64,000 bases of DNA. Origin: an uncultured Gemmatimonadales bacterium. Its GTDB lineage: Bacteria; Gemmatimonadota; Gemmatimonadetes; Longimicrobiales; RSA9. The stretch spans positions 992,001 through 1,056,000 of the forward strand of contig CAWCUS010000006.1 in NCBI GenBank assembly GCA_963798845.1. Direction: 5' to 3'. The translations under genes and the position numbers were made by a program. Positions 1 through 8,269 of this stretch are shown one piece after another (position 1 is the stretch's first letter; the number at the start of each line of letters is the position of its first letter). A model generated the notes under the pieces. It worked only from the letters and a program-made list of their open reading frames with translations, ran no database searches and was not told the DNA's origin.

Positions 1-1
1 G

Positions 2-619
2 GTGAGCGACCCCGTGAAGGCGATCGTTGAGATCGAGGACTACCTTTTCGCCACCAGCCAGCTGGCGCAGACCACGCTGCGCAGCGTGGTGGGGCAGGCG
101 GAGCTGGACGAGCTCCTGGCCGAGCGGGAGCGGATCAACAAGATCCTGCGCGACCACATCGACTCGGGCACCGATTCCTGGGGCATCGACGTCTCCGCCG
201 TGGAGGTGAAGGACATCGACCTGCCGCAGGAGATGAAGCGCGCCATGGCCCGCCAGGCCGAGGCGGAGCGCGACCGCCGGGCCAAGGTGATCAATGCGGA
301 AGGCGAGCTCCAGGCGTCGGAGAAGCTGGCGCAGGCCGCGGGCGTCATGTCGCAGGAGCCCGCGTCCATCACGCTGCGCTTTCTCCAGACCGTCACGGAG
401 ATCGCCGCGGAGAACAACTCCACCACGCTCTTCCCTCTCCCCATCGACCTCTTCCGACCCATGCTGGACAAGGTGGCCAGGAAGATCGTGGCCGCGGATG
501 ACGAGCCCGTGAAGGACGAGGATGGCCCGAAGGAGGCCGGGCCCGCCCGGCTGCCCGGCCCTCGCGCCGAGCTCGAGCCCGCCGGCAAGCTGCCGGAGGA
601 TGAGCGGATCGAGCGCTGA
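2..619 (+). CDS. SPFH/band-7 (stomatin/slipin-like) protein, 5' truncated by window edge
   Basis: [61 protein letters not shown] are typical stomatin-family motifs. Confidence 0.92.
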   Translation: MSDPVKAIVEIEDYLFATSQLAQTTLRSVVGQAELDELLAERERINKILRDHIDSGTDSWGIDVSAVEVKDIDLPQEMKRAMARQAEAERDRRAKVINAEGELQASEKLAQAAGVMSQEPASITLRFLQTVTEIAAENNSTTLFPLPIDLFRPMLDKVARKIVAADDEPVKDEDGPKEAGPARLPGPRAELEPAGKLPEDERIER

Positions 620-630
620 CACGCGGCAGC

Positions 631-1524
631 ATGCCTGACGACCCCGTTTCCCGGGACACGCCGGAGTCGCCCACGTCCCCCGACGCGGGGGAGGCGATCA
701 CGCGCCGGCAGCTGCCTCTGGTCATCCGGCGGGCGGCCGAGCTGTACACCAGCGATGCCGAGGGCGACGAGCGGCTGAGCGAGGCCGAGGTGCTCCGCGT
801 GGCCGATGAGCTGGGGCTGCCCGGCCGCTACGTCCGCCAGGCGCTCTACGAGCTGCCACCCGACCGCGGCGATCTCGGCCTGGTCGACCGCTGGTACGGC
901 TCCGAGCACGTCCAGGGAACGCGAGTGGTCCGCGGCGTACCCGATGAGGTCATGGACCGCCTGGAGGACTATCTCGTCACCCGCGAGTTCCTCCAGGTCC
1001 TGCGCCGCCAGGGAGGGAAAGCGGCGTTCACGCCCGCCGACGATGCCATCTCCAACGTGGCGCGCGCGGTGCGCCGGCACCAGCGCCAGTGGCAGATCGC
1101 GCGCAGCCGTCGCGTCCTCGTGGAAGTGCGGCCCATGCCAGCCGACGAGAGCCACGTACGGCTCGAGCTGGATGTCGGGCACCACCGGACACGCGCGGTC
1201 ACTGGCGGGCTCGTGGGCGGCGCCCTCGTCGGCCTCCCGTTGGCGGCCGGCCTCTTCTTCCCCGTCGGCCACATGGTCATCGCCAGCGCGGGTGACACCG
1301 CCGCGTACGCCGCGGGGCTCGCGGCCGGCGCCAGCGCCTTCGCCGCCAGCGTGGCGGGCGGCGTGGCGGTCGCGCGGAGCCGGTTTCGCAGCCGCGTGGA
1401 CGCCGCGCGCCTTGAGGTGGCCGCGCTCCTCGATCGGCTGGAAGGAGGGCGCAAGCTCGACCCGCCGCCGGCCCCATGGTTGCGGAGCCTCCGCTCCCGC
1501 ATCGCCGGCACGCTGCACGGCTGA
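631..1524 (+). CDS. hypothetical membrane protein (two C-terminal hydrophobic helices)
   Basis: 297-aa ORF with typical codon usage starting 11 nt after the SPFH gene; hydrophobic Gly/Ala-rich segments near the C-terminus. Confidence 0.8.
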   Translation: MPDDPVSRDTPESPTSPDAGEAITRRQLPLVIRRAAELYTSDAEGDERLSEAEVLRVADELGLPGRYVRQALYELPPDRGDLGLVDRWYGSEHVQGTRVVRGVPDEVMDRLEDYLVTREFLQVLRRQGGKAAFTPADDAISNVARAVRRHQRQWQIARSRRVLVEVRPMPADESHVRLELDVGHHRTRAVTGGLVGGALVGLPLAAGLFFPVGHMVIASAGDTAAYAAGLAAGASAFAASVAGGVAVARSRFRSRVDAARLEVAALLDRLEGGRKLDPPPAPWLRSLRSRIAGTLHG

Positions 1525-1558
1525 CGCCCGCTCCTGAGCCGCCGGCGCGGCCCTCCGG

Positions 1559-1587
1559 TTGAAGCGACCGCGGGGGGCGCCCATATT
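1559..1587 (+). promoter_or_regulatory. putative sigma70-type promoter
   Basis: TTGAAG-N17-CATATT upstream of the dehydrogenase. Confidence 0.45.
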
Positions 1588-1657
1588 GGCGGCCTCTGAC
1601 GGACTCTCATGCGAACCCTACGGCGCGCACGCGCGCGCAGGCGACTCCGGAGGCGGA

Positions 1658-2542
1658 ATGGAGATCAGGAACGTGGCCGTGGTGGGCGGCGGCCTCATGG
1701 GCAGCGGCATCGCGGAAGTGTGCGCGAAATCCGGCTACGACACGGTCGTGCGTGAAGTCGGCGACGACCTGGTGGACAAGGCGCTCGGCCGCATGCGGAA
1801 CAGCATGGATCGCGCGGTGGCGAAGGGGAAGCTGGACGGCGGCGAGCGCGACGCCGCCGTCGCCAGGATACGTGGCACCACGGCGCTGGAGGATCTGCGG
1901 GACGCCGACCTGGTGATCGAGGCGATCGTGGAGAGCCTGGACGCGAAGAAGGAGCTGTTCTCGACCCTGGACGGCCTCTGTGGCCCGGGAACCATCTTCG
2001 CCTCCAATACGAGCTCCCTCACCGTCACGGAAATGGCCGCGGCCACGGACCGACCGGACCGGTTCCTCGGGCTCCACTTCTTCAACCCCGTCCCCGTCAT
2101 GAAGCTGGTGGAGGTGGTCCGCACCATCGCCACGAGCGACGAGGCCTACCGCACCGCGTTCGACTTCGTCGGCTCGCTGGGGAAGCAGGCGATCGAGGCC
2201 AAGGACGCGTCGGGGTTCATCGTGAACCGGCTCCTGGTCCCCTACATGCTCGACGCCATCCGCGCTCTCGAGCAGGGGCTCGGCACCATCGAGGACATCG
2301 ACAGGGGGATGGTGCTCGGTACCGGCTACCCCATGGGTCCGTTCACCCTAGCCGACTTCGTCGGCATCGACACGCTCTTCCGGATCGCCGAGATCATGTA
2401 CCAGGAATACGCCGAAACCCGCTTCGCTCCGCCCCCGCTCCTGCGGCGCATGGTCACGCTCGGGTATTTCGGCCGCAAGTCCGGCCGCGGCTTCTACGAT
2501 CATTCAGGCGATGCGCCGGTGGCCACGAATCTCGGCGCCTGA
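1658..2542 (+). CDS. 3-hydroxybutyryl-CoA/3-hydroxyacyl-CoA dehydrogenase
   Basis: VVGGGLMGSGIA Rossmann motif, ASNTSS, GLHFFNPVPVMKLVE, GFIVNRLL, YPMGPFTLADFVGID; GGAGG RBS before ATG 1658. Confidence 0.95.
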   Translation: MEIRNVAVVGGGLMGSGIAEVCAKSGYDTVVREVGDDLVDKALGRMRNSMDRAVAKGKLDGGERDAAVARIRGTTALEDLRDADLVIEAIVESLDAKKELFSTLDGLCGPGTIFASNTSSLTVTEMAAATDRPDRFLGLHFFNPVPVMKLVEVVRTIATSDEAYRTAFDFVGSLGKQAIEAKDASGFIVNRLLVPYMLDAIRALEQGLGTIEDIDRGMVLGTGYPMGPFTLADFVGIDTLFRIAEIMYQEYAETRFAPPPLLRRMVTLGYFGRKSGRGFYDHSGDAPVATNLGA

Positions 2543-2647
2543 GCCGCATCCCCGCACATCGTGCGGCGCGGCTTGCGTTTCCAGCAGGCCGCGCCGCAAT
2601 TTCGCGTGTTCGTCGATCTACAGGAACCGACCCGAGCGGAGCCGCCC

Positions 2648-4072
2648 ATGACCGACTTCCCCCCGCCGTCCGCGTCCGACTCGCCGGCGTCTCCCTCCCA
2701 CGCCGGGCCCGAGCACGAGGAGCCGAAAGAGTTCGCCCGCGAGCTGTGGAACACCCGCATCGGCTTCATCCTGGCCGCGGTCGGGTCCGCCGTGGGGCTC
2801 GGCAACATGTGGCGCTTCCCGTACTACACCGCCGAGCACGGCGGGGCGGCTTTCGTGGCGCTCTACGTGGCGCTCACCTTCGCCCTGGGCATCCCGCTGC
2901 TCCTGGCCGAGTTCACGGTCGGACGCCGGACTCACCTCAGTCCCATCGGCGCGCTCCGCAAAGTCGGAGGCCGGGGGTGGGTGCCCATGGGCTACATGTT
3001 CGTCCTCGCCGGCTTCCTGATCCTCGCCTTCTACTCCGTCATCGCCGGCTGGGTGACCCGCTACGCGCTCACGTTCGTCTTCACCGGCTTCCAGGGCGAC
3101 CCGGCCGCCCGCTTCGCCGCCGTGTCCACGGGGGTGGATGCCATCGGCTACCATTTCCTCTTCATGACCATCACCATCGCCATCGTCATGGGCGGCGTCG
3201 AAAAGGGGATCGAGCGTGCCAGCGTGGTGATGATGCCGACGCTGTTCCTCATCGTCGCCGGGCTCGCAGTCTGGGCCGCCACACTGACCGGCAGCGGCGC
3301 CGGCTACGGCTACTACCTCCGGCCGAGCTGGAACGAGATCTTCTCGCTCGACACGTTCGGAGCCGCCGCTTCTCAGGCCGCGTTCTCCCTCTCCCTCGGC
3401 ATGGGCGCAATGCTCACGTTCGCCAGCTACCTGTCCAAGAAGGAGAGCCTGCCGAGGGAGGGGACCATCATCGCATTCTCCGACTTCGGCGTCGCGTTCG
3501 TCGCCGGGCTGGTGGTGTTCCCCGTCATCTTCGCCCTGGGGCTCCAGGGAGCCGTCGGCGAAAGCACGGTCGGCGCCCTCTTCATCGCGCTGCCCGGCGG
3601 CTTCGCCGCCATGGGCACCGTGGCCGGGCGCCTCATTGGCAGCATCTTCTTCGTCGCCCTGTTCATCGGCGCGCTGACCTCGGCGATCTCCCTCCTGGAG
3701 GTGGTCACGTCCTCCATGATCGACGAGTTCGGCTGGTCCCGGAAAAAGGCGGCCGTCTCCATGGGCATGGTCATCGCCCTCGCCGGCGCCTGGCCGGCCA
3801 TGAACCTCAATGCCCTCGACGCCTACGACAAGCTCACCGGCAACGTCATGCTCCCCCTCGGCGCCCTGGGCCTGGCCGTCCTCGTCGGCTGGGTCATGAA
3901 AAACCCCATCGACGAGATCGCCATCGGGAGCAGCCCCCGCATGAGGGGCTTCTTCAAGGGCTGGATCTGGATGCTCCGCGTGGTCGCCCCCGCGGCCCTC
4001 GCCGTGGTCCTCTGGTCCACGGTGCCCGCCGCGATCGCGGCCCTGGGCGTCATCTTCGGGGTCGGTCGCTAG
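2648..4072 (+). CDS. sodium-dependent transporter, NSS/SNF family
   Basis: GFILAAVGSAVGLGNMWRFPY signature; many TM helices. Confidence 0.95.
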   Translation: MTDFPPPSASDSPASPSHAGPEHEEPKEFARELWNTRIGFILAAVGSAVGLGNMWRFPYYTAEHGGAAFVALYVALTFALGIPLLLAEFTVGRRTHLSPIGALRKVGGRGWVPMGYMFVLAGFLILAFYSVIAGWVTRYALTFVFTGFQGDPAARFAAVSTGVDAIGYHFLFMTITIAIVMGGVEKGIERASVVMMPTLFLIVAGLAVWAATLTGSGAGYGYYLRPSWNEIFSLDTFGAAASQAAFSLSLGMGAMLTFASYLSKKESLPREGTIIAFSDFGVAFVAGLVVFPVIFALGLQGAVGESTVGALFIALPGGFAAMGTVAGRLIGSIFFVALFIGALTSAISLLEVVTSSMIDEFGWSRKKAAVSMGMVIALAGAWPAMNLNALDAYDKLTGNVMLPLGALGLAVLVGWVMKNPIDEIAIGSSPRMRGFFKGWIWMLRVVAPAALAVVLWSTVPAAIAALGVIFGVGR

Positions 4073-4082
4073 ACCGGACCGG

Positions 4083-4808
4083 CTACTCGGGCGCCGCCTG
4101 CTCCCGGTGCAGCTGGTGGCTGTAGCGCTGGTACACCTCCGGCCGAGCCATGTAGTCCTCCACCCATACCTCGAACGGGGGGAGGGGCAGGTGGCGCTCG
4201 ATCTCCTGGACCACCAGCATGGCCAGCTGCAGCCGGTCGCTCGCCCGGAAATCGATCTCGCGACCCTCCAGGACACGGTCCACCAGCTCCCGGAAGTCCG
4301 CCGGATCCACCAGCGCGATCAGGTGTGACACCTGGTCGATCCGGTAGGAGTCGTACAGCGACCGCAGGTGCGAGAGCGACGGCTCCCTGGCTCCGCCCGG
4401 CGGCACCATCGCTTCCGACCGGCTCGCCAGCAGCCGACGGAACCACCGACGCACGTCGGCGGACATGCCATATCGACGCTCGTGCGTGTGCAGCGCCGAC
4501 TCCAGCAGCGACTCCAGCAGCGGTCGACCCAGACCGCGGGCCCGCGCATCCACGTCCGCTTCCGCGCTCTCCACGAACAGGTCCGTGGTCCGGATGTCCT
4601 GCCCCTCCAGCCCCGCCGCACCCGTCCGGAAGCTGAAGTAGCCGCGCCAGCGCCCGTCCTCCCCCGCGTACGTGGCCAGGAACACCGACCACCGCTCGCC
4701 GCCCCGCTCCAGAAAACAGAACGAGCGGCGACGCGCCCGTTCCCGGTCGCCCCCACGCGGGGCCGATCGCGACGCGTCGCCGCCCTGGCGCTCCCCTGGA
4801 TTCGGCAC
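4083..4808 (-). CDS. hypothetical two-domain protein (C-terminal LPPFxxWxExY domain)
   Basis: Within ORF 4083..4913; GTG 4808 chosen because it lies at the expected start site of a minus-strand promoter; C-terminus aligns with ORF 5502..5831. Confidence 0.8.
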   Translation of the reverse strand: MPNPGERQGGDASRSAPRGGDRERARRRSFCFLERGGERWSVFLATYAGEDGRWRGYFSFRTGAAGLEGQDIRTTDLFVESAEADVDARARGLGRPLLESLLESALHTHERRYGMSADVRRWFRRLLASRSEAMVPPGGAREPSLSHLRSLYDSYRIDQVSHLIALVDPADFRELVDRVLEGREIDFRASDRLQLAMLVVQEIERHLPLPPFEVWVEDYMARPEVYQRYSHQLHREQAAPE

Positions 4809-4814
4809 GGGGAC

Positions 4815-4844
4815 AGCGTAGCGCCTGCCCCCCATCGCGGTCAA
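4815..4844 (-). promoter_or_regulatory. putative sigma70 promoter (leaderless transcript)
   Basis: minus strand TTGACC-N18-TACGCT, GTG start about 7 nt downstream. Confidence 0.55.
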
Positions 4845-4857
4845 GCGAGGCGGCGAC

Positions 4858-5218
4858 TTATCAACGCGCAAAAACAGGTGTTTCCGGGGCGCGGTGAAGC
4901 AGCCGTTTTCCACCTACCATCTGGCGGATGTAACGCAATGGCAACGAATCGCCATCCAAGAACCACGCGTTTCCTTCACCCGCGCGCAGGGCGAAAATAG
5001 CGAAAACCGCGAATTTGAAGATAACCGTAAGTCGTTGTGGGGAAAGGAGATAGCTGTAACTCCATGCGCCACGGGAGGTTCCACGAAAGCCTTGACGCGC
5101 TCGGACCCGAGCCGTAACTTCGCAGTCCTTCGAGGCGAGAAGCTACGAGCGGGACTCAAGGTGCGGCGGGCGGAGTGAAAGATCCGTTTTTCCGCAAGTT
5201 TTCGACAAGTTTTCCACA
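4858..5218. promoter_or_regulatory. DnaA-box cluster with IHF-like site (oriC-like region)
   Basis: TTTTCCACA 5210-5218 (fits TTWTNCACA), TTTTCGACA 5199-5207, TTTTCCGCA 5188-5196, TTTTCCACC 4906-4914; weaker boxes at 4858, 5016 and 5036; locally AT-enriched. Confidence 0.6.
5092..5120 (+). promoter_or_regulatory. putative sigma70 promoter
   Basis: TTGACG-N17-TAACTT. Confidence 0.6.
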
Positions 5219-5240
5219 ACGACCTGCCGAGACCGATCCA

Positions 5241-5435
5241 ATGACGGACACCTGTGCGATCGACCTTCGCGTACGCCTCCCCCGGCCGCTGGCAGACGAG
5301 GCGGAGCGAGTGAAGGAAAGCGACCCGGATGTACTGAGTCGGATCCTGGCGTACGGGTTGACGCGTCGGTTCATCTTCGATCATCTGGTGGCACGGGAGG
5401 CGCTCCGGGGCGGGGCTTCGGAGATTCGGTATTGA
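5241..5435 (+). CDS. small hypothetical protein, possibly ribbon-helix-helix-like
   Basis: 64-aa ORF from ATG 5241; IDLRVRLPRPLADEAERV resembles a strand-Pro-helix start. Confidence 0.6.
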   Translation: MTDTCAIDLRVRLPRPLADEAERVKESDPDVLSRILAYGLTRRFIFDHLVAREALRGGASEIRY

Positions 5436-5501
5436 CGGGCATCCGGGCACCGCTCTAGGCTTCGGGCGTTGGAGCGGTGATCCCGAGCATCGGCGGACCG
5501 A

Positions 5502-5831
5502 ATGGACGGAGCGGGGGAGAGGGTGCTGCGGGCGAAGTACCTGGACTGGTGTTCAGCCCGGGTGGCCGAGCGTTTTCTCGATCTGAGTCCTGAGGAGATC
5601 TACGCGCTGGCGCGACCGGAGAGCGGCAAGGAGGCACCGAGCCCCGGGCCGCCGTTGCCGCCGCCGGGCGACGACAGCTATCGAACGCTGGTGCAGCGTG
5701 TGACGGAGTCGCTCCTGGACCGGATGTCGCTGCCGCCGTTCAATGAGTGGCAGGAGGCGTACGCGTCTTCACCGGAGCGCTACGACGCGGAGATGCTGGG
5801 GTTCTGGAAGGACGTGGCCCCGAAGGAGTAG
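5502..5831 (+). CDS. hypothetical protein (stand-alone LPPFxxWxExY domain)
   Basis: 109-aa ORF, homologous by eye to the C-terminal half of 4083..4808. Confidence 0.8.
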   Translation: MDGAGERVLRAKYLDWCSARVAERFLDLSPEEIYALARPESGKEAPSPGPPLPPPGDDSYRTLVQRVTESLLDRMSLPPFNEWQEAYASSPERYDAEMLGFWKDVAPKE

Positions 5832-5873
5832 GCGGCGTAGCGGGTCAGGGAGCGGGTCGCAGGATGCCGCCGA

Positions 5874-6114
5874 TCACCGATCGTGCCGGGCCACCCTGAA
5901 GTTGTGCCACCAGGTGCCGACGAGAGCGGAGAGCCCGGCGGCGGCCAGGAAGAACCCCACCACCGCCCATCCCAGTCCCCAGTCCGGGCGTCCGTTGGCG
6001 TAGCCTCGTGCGGAGCTCCAGAATGACGGCGGCCGCCATGGCGAGCCAGAGGATGCCGATGATGAATCCGGGAATCGTGGCGGCGCCACGGGAGATGCTG
6101 CGGGTTTCCTTCAT
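5874..6114 (-). pseudogene. small two-TM membrane protein with a 1-nt frameshift near 6021-6027
   Basis: N-terminal TM (MKETRS...GFIIGILWLAMAAAV) and C-terminal TM (FWSSARGY...WAVVGFFLAAAGLSALVGTWW) lie in different frames; span is 3n+1. Confidence 0.65.
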
Positions 6115-6288
6115 GTCATCGTCTCGGAGTCGGGTACGGGGACGCGAAGATAGCCGCGGATCGGCGGGTGCTGCAAGCTCGGATGCGGACGACGGTGCCG
6201 GGGCATGGCCGGGATTTCGGCGGCGGGTTGCGGGCGCGCGAGCGCTTCCGCCATCCTTCGTGTCCACGGCAAAGCGAGAGGAGCGGCA

Positions 6289-6552
6289 ATGGCGATCACG
6301 GAGCGTTCGGTGATTCCCGAGGGGTCGCGGGTCGAAGTGACGCGGGGTCGGTTCCCTGCCGACCCGGCGCTGGTGGGACGGCAGGGGACGGTGGTGGAGA
6401 ACTCGCCGTACTTCCCGCACAAGGTGGAGGTCCAGCTGGACGGGGAGCCGGAGATCCGGACGTTCGCCCCGGAGGAGCTGCTGGTGGCCTCGTCGCCGGA
6501 GGCGCTGCCGCCGGACGAGGCGGCGGCGAGGAAGCGGCTCAGCCGCCCCTAG
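6289..6552 (+). CDS. small hypothetical protein, SH3/KOW-like beta-barrel
   Basis: GAGGAG RBS; GSRVEV..G..GRQGTVVE...VEVQLDG...F.PEEL pattern. Confidence 0.75.
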   Translation: MAITERSVIPEGSRVEVTRGRFPADPALVGRQGTVVENSPYFPHKVEVQLDGEPEIRTFAPEELLVASSPEALPPDEAAARKRLSRP

Positions 6553-6591
6553 CTGGCGGGACCGGTCCCGGCGGGACCGCACACGTGGCAC

Positions 6592-6624
6592 GAAGGGCCC
6601 CGGCCGGTTCGGTCGGGGCCCTTC
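6592..6624. terminator. hairpin between convergent genes
   Basis: GAAGGGCCCCGGCCG-GTT-CGGTCGGGGCCCTTC, 15-bp stem. Confidence 0.7.
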
Positions 6625-6690
6625 ATGTGCGGTCGGACGCTCGCGGCCGCCATCCGGCGGCGAGGCGCCGCGGTCGCCCGGGAGTCCTCT

Positions 6691-7193
6691 TCAGAACGGC
6701 AGGTCGTCGTCCTGGTCGAAGGGGCTGCCGCTCGGCGGCTCCGGGTCGTAGCCGCCGCCGCCCGCTCCGCCGCCGGAACGTGTGCCACCGCTTCCACCGC
6801 GGCCCCCGCCACTGTAGCCGCCCCCGCCCCGCCCCCGCCCCCGCCCCCGCCGTCCTGGCCGCCGGCGCCGAGCATGACCATGTCGCCGACGACGATGTCG
6901 GTCCAGTACTTGACGTTGCCCTGCTCGTCCTGGGTCTGGGAGTACTCGATCCGCCCGTCGACGTAGAGCCGGTCGCCCTTGTGGACGTAGCGCTCGATGA
7001 CGTCGACGATCTTGCCGAAGAAGGTGAGGCGGTGCCACTCCGTCTTCTCCTGCTGCTGGCCGGCGCGGTCGGAGAAGGTGCGGTTGGTGGCGAGGGAGAG
7101 CTTGGCGACGCGGGTGCCCGAGGCGGTGGAGCGGATTTCCGGCTCCGCCCCGACGTTGCCGATCAGCATGACTTTGTTCAGGGAGCGGCTCAT
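6691..7193 (-). CDS. ssb: single-stranded DNA-binding protein (1-nt frameshift in Gly-rich linker)
   Basis: MSRSLNKVMLIGNVG..PEIR, KTEWHR, GDRLYVDGRI; the acidic tail DDDLPF is in another frame after a GGGGGC repeat at about 6820-6852. Confidence 0.93.
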
Positions 7194-7336
7194 TCGTTCG
7201 TATTCGGCGTGGAGGTGGACGTGAACCGGGCTGGCCGGCGCGCTTCCCCACGCTAGGCCGCCGGTCTCCCGCCGGCAAGGTGGCGAGCAGAGCGGGGCGG
7301 TGCCATGGCGGGGAGGGACGCGCCGGGGCGGGGTCT

Positions 7337-8203
7337 TCAGCGCGGAAGGACGGCCTGGAACGCGTCGCGCAGCCTGCACGTGATGGGACCCGGCTGTGCG
7401 TCGACGATGTCGCGGCCGTCGACGCGCACCACGGGCATGATCTCGGTGGTGGTTCCGGAGAGGAAGATCTCGTCGCAGGCGTCGAGTTCGTGAATGAAGA
7501 TGGGCGCTTCCTCGGCGGGGATGCCGAGCTCGCGGGCGAGGCCGAACACGCGGGCGCGGGTGATCCCCGGCAGCACGTAGTTGCACTCCGGATAGGTGAT
7601 CAGGGTGCCGTCGCGCACGGCCCAGACATTCGAGTGCGACCCTTCGATGAGGACGCCGTCCTTGACGAACAGCGCCTCGAACGCCCCGGCCGCGTGCGCG
7701 GCCTGGTTGGCAAGGACGTTCGGGAGCAGGGCGATGGATTTCACGTCGCAGCGTGCCCAGCGGTTGTCGGGCACGGTGATGGCATCCACGCCGTCCTCCG
7801 CCATCGCTTCGGGGTGTGGGGAGTACGGATGCACGTTGACGTACACGGTCGGCGGCGTGTCGGGGGCGGGGAACGCGTGGCGCCGGGGCGCGGCGCCGCG
7901 GGTGACCTGGACGTAGATGGCGCCCGCGCCGTCGATGCCGTTCTCGCGCATGAGGTGCCGGGCCGCGGGCTCGACCTGACGGACGGTGTGGGGATCCATC
8001 TGGAGCGCGGCGAGCCCGCGGCGCATACGGGCCAGGTGCTCCTCCAGCTCGTAGGGCTGGCCGGCGTAGATCCGGATCACCTCGTAAACGCCATCGGCCA
8101 GGAGGAAGCCGCGGTCCTGCACCGAGACACAGGCATCCTCCAGCGGTACGTAATCACCGTTCAGGTAAACGAGCACGGTCCTGGTCTCCGGGGTTGTCGT
8201 CAC
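7337..8203 (-). CDS. dat: D-amino-acid aminotransferase (class IV PLP enzyme)
   Basis: VSVQDRGFLLADGVYEVIR, YVQVTRGAAPRRHAFP, RWARCDVKSIALLPNVLA, EGSHSN, LPGITR. Confidence 0.88.
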   Translation of the reverse strand: MTTTPETRTVLVYLNGDYVPLEDACVSVQDRGFLLADGVYEVIRIYAGQPYELEEHLARMRRGLAALQMDPHTVRQVEPAARHLMRENGIDGAGAIYVQVTRGAAPRRHAFPAPDTPPTVYVNVHPYSPHPEAMAEDGVDAITVPDNRWARCDVKSIALLPNVLANQAAHAAGAFEALFVKDGVLIEGSHSNVWAVRDGTLITYPECNYVLPGITRARVFGLARELGIPAEEAPIFIHELDACDEIFLSGTTTEIMPVVRVDGRDIVDAQPGPITCRLRDAFQAVLPR

Positions 8204-8269
8204 GCCAACTGTGAGCAGATTGCGGCCCAGCGGCCGCCTTGCGCAACGGCACGAAAAGTTCATGCCCCG

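Noticed and set aside
7280..8269. N-terminal extension of the M16 peptidase ORF (likewise extended starts for trxB, ggt and FNR)
   Set aside because: Overlaps genuine genes on the opposite or same strand; starts were reassigned to where family similarity begins
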